Shown: in pieces, positions 63,691-64,000 of the stretch
How the letters are laid out: every line of letters starts with the position of its first letter
Numbering within the stretch: the first letter of the stretch is position 1
NCBI RefSeq assembly: GCF_036321535.1
Contig: NC_087437.1
Span: 48,362,001 to 48,426,000 of the forward strand
Origin: Camelus dromedarius
Lineage: Eukaryota
Direction: 5' to 3'
DNA length: 64,000 bases
Program-made: the position numbers and the translations under genes
Notes under the pieces: generated by a model
Database searches by the model: none
What the model was told of the DNA's origin: nothing
The model's input: the letters and a program-made list of their open reading frames with translations, nothing else

Positions 63691-64000
63691 GTCATAGTAA
63701 CAACCCTGCAATTAGCAGTAAACCAAAGGCACTATGTGCCAGCTCTTCAGCTTTCAGCTCACTGATGTATAACATGCACAGTCCAGACTAGCTCTCTCTA
63801 AGGTTCCTCTTCACTATAAATACAATTGTTCATTGTTAATTGCCTTTTGTATACCTCATTCTTTTTATATCCATCATTAAGATAACTAAGTTAGTTCCCT
63901 TCATTCTTCCCTGCTTGTGATGTGTCATGTTTGTGATATCAAAAAAATGAGAAAACTTAGTTCACCATAGTTTATGGAACTCCTTCAGCACAAAACAAAA

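Noticed and set aside
1..64000. Short ORFs in the supplied track as protein-coding genes
   Set aside because: All are 139 aa or shorter. The recognisable ones are L1 ORF2 remnants or their antisense; the rest lie in LTR, L2, MIR or low-complexity DNA and show no domain I recognise.
1..64000. CRISPR arrays, operons, tRNA/rRNA genes, NUMT, CpG-island promoter or non-retroviral viral insertion
   Set aside because: None seen by eye: no periodic repeat-spacer structure, no long ORFs, and CpG is depleted throughout. Very diverged cases would need a database search.

Overview
AT-rich, CpG-poor mammalian (laurasiatherian) non-coding DNA from an intron or intergenic region. The young L1 3' ends resemble the camelid type, and I see no Alu, B1, Bov-A/tA, PRE-1, CHR or Can-SINE, so a camelid origin is plausible but only inferred. 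I recognise no protein-coding gene, RNA gene or CpG island. The ORF track is explained by L1 ORF2 remnants, LTR/L2 sequence and chance. Much of the window is transposon debris of several ages: L1 fragments, a near-complete HAL1, many L2 and MIR copies, MaLR (MLT1), ERVL (LTR16, MER21/68-like) and ERV1 LTRs, a MER47/Tigger5-like and a MER102-like DNA transposon, and probable very old CR1/L3 reverse-transcriptase fossils. Several insertions are nested and have readable target-site duplications. The leads most worth checking are a phase-compatible pair of minus-strand exon candidates near 5 kb, the CR1-like fossils (one carrying a CTCF-like motif), an L1 with an intact 5' end but large internal deletions, short L1 3'UTR copies with similar 5' breakpoints, and a motif-dense candidate enhancer at 35.6-35.9 kb. 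Repeat family names come from remembered consensus sequences, and boundaries are approximate unless a TSD is quoted. I found no convincing novel biological system.
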